Below, in pieces: positions 58,019 to 64,000 of a stretch of DNA of 64,000 bases. The translations under genes were made by a program, and so were the position numbers. The notes beneath the pieces were generated by a model that saw nothing but the letters and a program-made list of their open reading frames with translations, was not told where the DNA came from and made no database searches. Source of the DNA: Candidatus Latescibacterota bacterium (lineage in GTDB: Bacteria; Latescibacterota; UBA2968; UBA8231); NCBI GenBank assembly GCA_964291625.2, contig OZ220090.1:960001-1024000 (forward strand). Reading direction: 5' to 3'. The stretch's first letter is position 1. Each line of letters begins with the position of its first letter.

Positions 58019-59929
58019 ATGACGGCCTTCCTCGAGGCCCTGCGAAAGGGCCCCCTGCTGGCCGACGGAGCCATGGGCTCCTACCTCTTCGAGCTGACCG
58101 GCCGCCTGTCGGAGGAGAACCACGTGTACGAGGCCTTCGGCGCCGACCGGCCGGAGGTCCTGCGGCAGGTCGGCCTCGCCTACCTGCAGGCCGGCAGCCG
58201 CTGCCTGACCACCAACACCTTCGCCGGCAACCACGCCTGCCTGGCCGCCGCCGGCCTGGGCCACCGCACCGCCGAGCTGAGCGCCGCCGCCGCCGCCGTC
58301 GCCCGCGACGCCATCGACGAGTACTGCCGCGCCGCCGGCGAGGACCGGGAGCGGTTCTTCGTCCTCGGCTCCGTGGGCCCGACCCCGGCCGGGGACGAGT
58401 CCGGCGACGCCCTGGACGAGGCCTACGCCGACCACCTCGCCGCCCTCGTCGCCGGCGGCGTCGACGCCCTCCTGCTGGAGACCTTCCGCTCCCTCGATCA
58501 GCTCCTCGGGGTGCTGAACCTCGTCTCCCGGCAGGCCCCGGGACTTCCGGTGATCGCGCAGATGGCCCTGCAGCAGGACGGCGAAGGCTGGTCCGTCGAC
58601 CCTCTCGTCTTCGCCCGCGGCGCCGCCGACGCCGGGGCCCACGTGATCGGCATCAACTGCTGCACCCCCTGGGAGGCGGAGCGGTTCGTGGCGCAGGCGG
58701 CGGGCTCCGAGGAAGCGGCCGACCGGCAGCTGCTGCTCTCGGCCATGCCCAACGCCGGCGGCTTCCAGCACATCGGCAACCGCTACATGACGCGGGTCAA
58801 CCCGGAGTTCATGGGGCGCCTGGGGCGCACCCTCTGCGAGTCGGGGGCCAGTCTGGTGGGCGGCTGCTGCGAGATCCACCCGCCCCACGTGGCCGAGATG
58901 GCCAGCTACCTGCGGAGCCGCGCCGCCGGCGCCCGGTCCGTCGCGGTCGAGTGGACCGGCGAGCACCCTCCCGCGAGCCGTGAGACCAAGGCCGGCAACG
59001 GGGGCTTCTCCCGCAGGATCTTCGGCGGCGGGTTCGCCGTCAGCGTCGAGCTCCTGCCGCCGCGGGGGACGGCGCCGAAGCAGCTGCAGGGCCGCGTCGA
59101 CTTCGTCGGCCGCCTGGCCGCCTCGGGACTGGCCGACGCCCTCGACATCACCGACGGCTCGCGGGGCATCCCGCTCATGCCTCCGGGGGACTTCGTGCAC
59201 CTCCTGCGCCGGCGCCTCGGCTGGTCCGCCGACGAGGGCGACGGCCTCGAGCTGATCCCCCACTTCACCTCCCGGGACCTGAACCTGATGGGCGTGCAGG
59301 CGCGGCTGATCGGCTACTGGGCCAACCGCATCCACAACGTCCTCTTCATCACCGGCGACCCCCCCAAGATGGCGCCCACCTACCCGCGTTCGACGGCGGT
59401 CTTCGACATCGACTCGGTGGAGATGGTGCGGCTGACCCACACACGGCTGAACGCCGGTCTCGACTTCGGCGGCCAGCCCCTCGGCCGCCACCGGGACCCG
59501 CGCACCCGCTTCACCATCGGCACCGGCTTCGAGCCGGAGGCCCCCGCCCGCGAGCGCGAGCTGGACAAGCTCCGGCGCAAGGTCGACGCCGGCGCCGACT
59601 ACGTCATGACCCAGCCCGTCTTCCGCCGGGAGGCGCTGAACGGCCTGGAGCCCTTCCGGGAGCGGGTGGCGGTCCTGGCGGGGGTGCTCGTCCTGCGGGG
59701 GCTGGACCACGCCCTGCGCATGCGCGCCGTGCCGGGGATGGTCGTGCCCGACGAGGTGGTGGAGCGCCTGGGCGCAAGCCGGGAGGCGGACGACCAGGCC
59801 CGGGTGGGGGCGGAGATCGCCGCCGGGCAGATCCGGCGCCTGCGCGCCGAGGGATGGTCCGGGGTCTACCTCATGTCGCCGGCCGGACACGGACCCGTCC
59901 TCGAGGTGCTGGCCGCCGGCCTCGGGTAG
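58019..59929 (+). CDS. Bifunctional homocysteine S-methyltransferase/5,10-methylene-THF reductase (YitJ-like)
   Basis: DGAMGS, TNTF, GINC, PNAG, GGCC, then VELLPPRG, ITGDPP, AGADYVMTQP. Confidence 0.93.
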   Translation: MTAFLEALRKGPLLADGAMGSYLFELTGRLSEENHVYEAFGADRPEVLRQVGLAYLQAGSRCLTTNTFAGNHACLAAAGLGHRTAELSAAAAAVARDAIDEYCRAAGEDRERFFVLGSVGPTPAGDESGDALDEAYADHLAALVAGGVDALLLETFRSLDQLLGVLNLVSRQAPGLPVIAQMALQQDGEGWSVDPLVFARGAADAGAHVIGINCCTPWEAERFVAQAAGSEEAADRQLLLSAMPNAGGFQHIGNRYMTRVNPEFMGRLGRTLCESGASLVGGCCEIHPPHVAEMASYLRSRAAGARSVAVEWTGEHPPASRETKAGNGGFSRRIFGGGFAVSVELLPPRGTAPKQLQGRVDFVGRLAASGLADALDITDGSRGIPLMPPGDFVHLLRRRLGWSADEGDGLELIPHFTSRDLNLMGVQARLIGYWANRIHNVLFITGDPPKMAPTYPRSTAVFDIDSVEMVRLTHTRLNAGLDFGGQPLGRHRDPRTRFTIGTGFEPEAPARERELDKLRRKVDAGADYVMTQPVFRREALNGLEPFRERVAVLAGVLVLRGLDHALRMRAVPGMVVPDEVVERLGASREADDQARVGAEIAAGQIRRLRAEGWSGVYLMSPAGHGPVLEVLAAGLG

Positions 59930-59943
59930 AGTCCCCGCGCGAG

Positions 59944-60173
59944 GGCGTCGCCGCCGGCCCGGGGGTGAAGCGGGTCCTGGGGGTCGAGGTGCCGGTGCCC
60001 TCACGCGCGTCCGGCCCGGCTCGCGGGGGTGCGATCTGTCGGTGATCCCCTGCCCACTCCCGGCGTCGCCACCGGCCCGGGGGTGGAAGCGGGTCCTGAG
60101 GTCAGATGCAGATGCCCTCGCGCTCGTCCGGCCCGGCTCGCGGCGTTGCGCTCTGTCGGTCGGTCCCCTGCCC
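59944..60173. repeat. Imperfect 118-bp tandem duplication in a convergent intergenic region
   Basis: ggcgtcgcc(g/a)ccggcccgggggtg..aagcgggtcctg...gtccggcccggctcgcgg...ctgtcggt..tcccctgccc begins at 59944 and 60062. Confidence 0.9.
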
Positions 60174-60245
60174 CCAGCGCGCGCCTGGCGGCCCCGGCGC
60201 TCTCCCCCGTGCGGGAGTCCGAGCCCGCATGCACCAGGACCACGA

Positions 60246-61607
60246 TTACTCCACCCAGCGGCGGCGCACCGCCTCCAGGGCCGAGTCCCGGTCCCGGAGG
60301 CGGCCCTCGAGCTGCTCGTCCTCCACCCAGCGCAGGATCTCGCCGAAGGTCCGGCCCGGCTCCAGGCCGAGGGCGATCAGGTCCCGGCCATCGAGCAGCG
60401 GCGGCGGGCGCAGGCGCTTCCCCTCCTCCTCCTCGGCCGCTCTCAGCGCCTCCTGGCAGAACTCGTGGAGGTCGAGCATGCCGTGGCTCGCCCCGCAGTC
60501 GATGCGGTGCAGCTCGAGGAGCTCGTCGAAGCCCTCCTGCCGCAGGAAGCGCTTGAGCTTGCCGGGGCGCATGCTCCGGGCGTTGCGGAAGCGCATGTGC
60601 TGGGCCGTGAGCATTCGCAGGCGCCCGGCGTCGCGGTTGGAGAACCGCAGGCGCCGGGCGATCACGTCGACCATCTCGGCGCCGATCTCGTCGTGGCCGT
60701 GGAAGCGGATGCGGTCGGACTCGCTGAAGGTGGGCGGCTTGCCCACGTCGTGGAGCAGGACCCCCCAGGCCAGGGTGGGCTCTGGCTCGTCGAGAGCGTC
60801 CACCTGCTCCAGCATGATCAGCACGTGCTGCCAGACGTCGCCCTCGGGGTGGTGCTCCGGGGGCTGCTCGACCCCCTTGAAGGCGGCCACCTCGGGCAGG
60901 ACCCGCTCGAGCAGACCCGAGGCCAGCAGCAGCTCGAAGCCCTTGGCGGCGGCCCCCTCGACGAGGATCCGCGTCAGCTCGTCGCGCACGCGCTCGGCGG
61001 CGAGGGCGTCCACCATGTGGGCGCACTCCCGGATGGCCTGCCAGGTGCCGGCCTCTATCTCGAACCCGAGGCTGGCGGCGAGGCGCACGGCCCGCAGGGT
61101 GCGCAGCCCGTCCTCGGCGAAGCGCTCGGCGGGATCGCCGATGGCGCGGATCCGTCGGGCCTCCAGGTCCTTCACACCCGCCACGTGGTCGATCACCCCC
61201 GCGCCGCCGGGATCGTGGAACAACCCGTTGACGGTGAAGTCGCGGCGCCGGGCGTCCTCCTCGGGGCCGGTGAACTCGACGCGCTCCGGGCGGCGGCCGT
61301 CGGCGTAGGGCCCCTCCCGCCGGAAGCGGGCCACGTGGTACTCCCCCTGCGGCAGGCGCACGAGGACGATCCCGAACTGCGCCCCCACGGGGACGGCGTG
61401 CTCGAAGAGCTCCATCACGCGGCCGGGGTCGGCGTCGGTGGCCACGTCCCAGTCGTGGGGTGGGCGGCCAAGCAGCAGGTCGCGGACGCACCCCCCGGCG
61501 AGGTAGGCCGTGTGGCCGGCGCCCCGGAGCCGGTCGACCACCTCCGCAGCGCCGGGATCGACCTGCCCGGGCTCGATCCGATCCACTATCCGGCGCACTT
61601 GCCCCAC
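60246..61607 (-). CDS. cca: CCA-type tRNA nucleotidyltransferase with HD domain
   Basis: GGCVRDLLL, DWDVAT, DARRRDFTVN, RFAEDGLR, HHPEGDV, LLHDVGK. Start approximate; CCA versus CC/A-only specificity not determined. Confidence 0.9.
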   Translation of the reverse strand: MGQVRRIVDRIEPGQVDPGAAEVVDRLRGAGHTAYLAGGCVRDLLLGRPPHDWDVATDADPGRVMELFEHAVPVGAQFGIVLVRLPQGEYHVARFRREGPYADGRRPERVEFTGPEEDARRRDFTVNGLFHDPGGAGVIDHVAGVKDLEARRIRAIGDPAERFAEDGLRTLRAVRLAASLGFEIEAGTWQAIRECAHMVDALAAERVRDELTRILVEGAAAKGFELLLASGLLERVLPEVAAFKGVEQPPEHHPEGDVWQHVLIMLEQVDALDEPEPTLAWGVLLHDVGKPPTFSESDRIRFHGHDEIGAEMVDVIARRLRFSNRDAGRLRMLTAQHMRFRNARSMRPGKLKRFLRQEGFDELLELHRIDCGASHGMLDLHEFCQEALRAAEEEEGKRLRPPPLLDGRDLIALGLEPGRTFGEILRWVEDEQLEGRLRDRDSALEAVRRRWVE

Positions 61608-61668
61608 TCCGGCGCCCCGGCTAGGCTCTGGGCCCGCCCGGCCCTCGGGCGGGGAGGACGGAGACGAG

Positions 61669-62286
61669 ATGAGCGGGAACCGCGTGAAGGCGGCCAGGGC
61701 GCTGTTGAGCACCTCGGACCGGTCGGGGCTGGCGGAGTTCGCCGCGGCCCTGGTGGAGCTGGGCGTCGAGCTGGTGAGCACCGGCGGCACGGGGCGGGCC
61801 CTGCGCGAGGCGGGCCTCCAGGTGACCGAGGTCTCGGAGGTGACGGGGTTCCCGGAGATGATGGACGGACGGGTGAAGAGCCTGCATCCGAAGATCCACG
61901 GCGGCCTCCTCGGCCTGCGGGGCAACGCCGATCACATGGCCACCCTTCAGCGCCACGGGATCGCCCCCTTCGAGCTGGTCTGCGTCAACCTCTACCCCTT
62001 CGAGGAGGCGATCTCCCGCCCCGGCTGCACCCTGGCCGAGGCGATCGAGAACATCGACATCGGCGGACCCGCCATGCTGCGCTCGGCGGCCAAGAACCAC
62101 GCCTCGATCTACGTGGTCAGCTCGCCGGACCAGTACCCGGAGACGATCGAGCGGCTGCGCGCCGACGGCGGCCGCATCGACCCGGCCTACGGCATGCGCC
62201 TGGCCGTGGAGGCCTACCGCCTCACGGCGCGCTACGACACCGCCGTCAGCGGCTACCTCGCGGCGCAGGCGGCCTCGGCCTCCTGA
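61669..62286 (+). CDS. purH: Stand-alone IMP cyclohydrolase (PurH N-terminal domain only)
   Basis: STGGT, TGFPEMMDGRVKSLHP, NLYPF, IDIGGPAMLRSAAKN, TARYD, then stop; no AICAR transformylase domain. Confidence 0.88.
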   Translation: MSGNRVKAARALLSTSDRSGLAEFAAALVELGVELVSTGGTGRALREAGLQVTEVSEVTGFPEMMDGRVKSLHPKIHGGLLGLRGNADHMATLQRHGIAPFELVCVNLYPFEEAISRPGCTLAEAIENIDIGGPAMLRSAAKNHASIYVVSSPDQYPETIERLRADGGRIDPAYGMRLAVEAYRLTARYDTAVSGYLAAQAASAS

Positions 62287-62293
62287 ACCCGGG

Positions 62294-63415
62294 TCACCGC
62301 CCCTCCCCCGCCAGCACCTGCCGCAGGCGCCGGGCGACGACCTCCTCCTCCCCCTCCTCCATCATGTAGGGGTTGAACTCGACGGACCGCTCCCCGTGGA
62401 AGACCTCGATCCGCGGCTCTCCCGACGACAGGGCCCCGGCCGCCCCGGCCCCGTCGAGGCCCACGGCCTCCGGGTCCCAGGCGACGTTCAGTCCCGGGGC
62501 GACGTTGGAGCGCCCCGTCTGCTCGTTGACCGCGGTCTCGACCGTGTCCAGGCCCCGCACGGCGCCGCCGATGACCTCCAGGCGCCGCAGCCAATCCCGC
62601 CACTCGGCCTCGTGGTCCCGCCGCACCCACATCTCCACGGCGGCCAGCAGCCCCATCACCTCCTCCTTGCCCGCCTTCATCGGCCGGCCCAGGGAGTGGT
62701 GGGGGGCGCCGTTGCGGAACGCCGCCTCGAGCAGCTCCCTCTCGCCGAGGATCAGGCCGGAGGCCTGGGGCCCCCGCAGGCACTTCCCGCCGCTGTAGGC
62801 GACGGCGCTGGCGCCCTCGGCCAGGTAGCGGTTGGGCACGTCCGGCCGCTCGGCGGCGGCGTCGACGAGGCTCGGGATGCCGTGGCGGCGGCCGACGGCG
62901 GTCATCTCCGGCACCGGGATCGGGCCGCGGTCGCCGGCGTCGCCGAAGATCAGCAGCATCGCCGTGCGCTCGCTCACCGCCGCCTCCAGCTCGTCCATGG
63001 TCTCGACCTCGACCAGGCGGGCGCCGGTCATGCGCACGGCGCGGTCGTACCCGTGGCGGTGGCTCTTCTGCACGATCACCTCGTCCTTCATGCCCGTCGC
63101 GTCGGGCAGGCGCTCCATCTTCTCGGGATCGGTGCCGGCCACGCACGCGGCGGCCACCTGGCAGAGGGCGGCGGCGCAGCCGTTGACGACCAGGCCCCAC
63201 TCGCACTCCATCAGCTCGGCGATGCGCTCGCCCACGGCCTCGGCCAACTCGTCGAGGTGGACGTAACGCCTCGAGGCCTCCTGCATGGCCGCCCTCGCCT
63301 CGGGCAGCAGCAGGGAGCCGCTGATGATGGTGTAGGTGCCGCGGCAGTTGATCAGCGGCCGCACGCCGATGGAACCGTAGGTCGGAAACCGCAGGCCGGG
63401 GGCCTCTCCACTCAC
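62294..63415 (-). CDS. SelA-like/DgaE-family PLP-dependent enzyme
   Basis: RPLINCRGTYT..SGS, DAAAE, YSGGKCLRGPQASG, GRPMKAGKEE. Confidence 0.85.
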   Translation of the reverse strand: MSGEAPGLRFPTYGSIGVRPLINCRGTYTIISGSLLLPEARAAMQEASRRYVHLDELAEAVGERIAELMECEWGLVVNGCAAALCQVAAACVAGTDPEKMERLPDATGMKDEVIVQKSHRHGYDRAVRMTGARLVEVETMDELEAAVSERTAMLLIFGDAGDRGPIPVPEMTAVGRRHGIPSLVDAAAERPDVPNRYLAEGASAVAYSGGKCLRGPQASGLILGERELLEAAFRNGAPHHSLGRPMKAGKEEVMGLLAAVEMWVRRDHEAEWRDWLRRLEVIGGAVRGLDTVETAVNEQTGRSNVAPGLNVAWDPEAVGLDGAGAAGALSSGEPRIEVFHGERSVEFNPYMMEEGEEEVVARRLRQVLAGEGR

Positions 63416-64000
63416 AGTACGTCCTCCGCGTGTTCGGCCAGGTGGGCCTCCATGGAGGCCATCCCGGCGCTGGGGTCGAGGTTCACGCCCTGGCGGGCGA
63501 AGGCCACGCCGAGAGCGTGCAGGGTTCGGAACAGGTTCGGCGCCCGGCACTGCTCCCCCATCTGGCCGATGCGCACGGCCGGGATGCCGAAGGAGTCGGC
63601 GATGAGCACCTTGAAGCGGTCGGTCATGTACTTGCGGGCCACGCCGTCGTCGACGCCGTCGGGGACGCGGATCGCCAGGACCGAGTTGAGGCGGTACGCG
63701 GCGGGGGCGTAGAGCTCCAGGCCCATGGCCTCGACGCCGGCCTGCAGGGCCAGGGAGCTGTGCAGGTGGCGCTTGAAGCGGCGCGGCAGGGTCTCCTCGA
63801 TGATCAGGCGCAGGGCCTCGTGCAGGGCCAGCAGGGCGGGCACCGGCGCCGTGTAGTGGTAGGCGTCCTCCCCCCAGAACCGCTCCGCCCGGGCCGCGTC
63901 GAGGCACCAGTGGGGCCTGGGGCCCTCGCGGCCCTGGATCACCTCCCAGGCCCGGGGGGAGAAGGAGATGAGGGAGACGCCGGGCAGCGACGACAGCCCC
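63412..64000 (-). CDS. Class V aminotransferase (alanine-glyoxylate/serine-pyruvate), 5' end outside window
   Basis: YHYTAPV...ALHEAL, RIGQMG. Confidence 0.85.
   Translation of the reverse strand, partial: GLSSLPGVSLISFSPRAWEVIQGREGPRPHWCLDAARAERFWGEDAYHYTAPVPALLALHEALRLIIEETLPRRFKRHLHSSLALQAGVEAMGLELYAPAAYRLNSVLAIRVPDGVDDGVARKYMTDRFKVLIADSFGIPAVRIGQMGEQCRAPNLFRTLHALGVAFARQGVNLDPSAGMASMEAHLAEHAEDVL

Noticed and set aside
62294-63415. Selenocysteine synthase selA
   Set aside because: Short SelA-like/DgaE-type protein with no selB, selC or selD in the window.

Overview
A 64-kb, very GC-rich bacterial chromosomal window with about 50 genes. I found no rRNA, tRNA, CRISPR array or transposase. 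It carries eukaryote-like repeat proteins (two internalin-like LRR genes, an FN3 fragment, an ankyrin protein), many paralogous catabolic enzymes, and proteins with a C-terminal 'WGxVK' tail. This suggests a host-associated (possibly sponge) Latescibacterota/Poribacteria-like organism, which is inference only. Housekeeping genes lie at the right end: asd, hom, ctaA, fdhD, a yitJ-like methionine synthase, a CCA-type enzyme and a stand-alone PurH N-domain. Four regions stand out. (1) An 8-gene coupled operon joins ComA, a HAD phosphatase, archaeal-type pantoate kinase and phosphopantothenate synthetase, a 2-hydroxyacid dehydrogenase, an aldolase, a PLP dehydratase and a metallohydrolase. (2) A giant pseudo-M28-peptidase/FtsX-permease gene is paired with an OPT-like membrane protein carrying unusual inserted domains. 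(3) A lower-GC two-gene module encodes a small 'YHGYP' protein and an IrrE-like protein lacking its catalytic motif, a candidate toxin-antitoxin or defence system. (4) A triple-hairpin element lies between 57-bp direct repeats that duplicate a gene start. Several genes carry single-base frameshifts, some in homopolymers, which are probably long-read errors. All product calls come from motif recognition by eye, not database searches.
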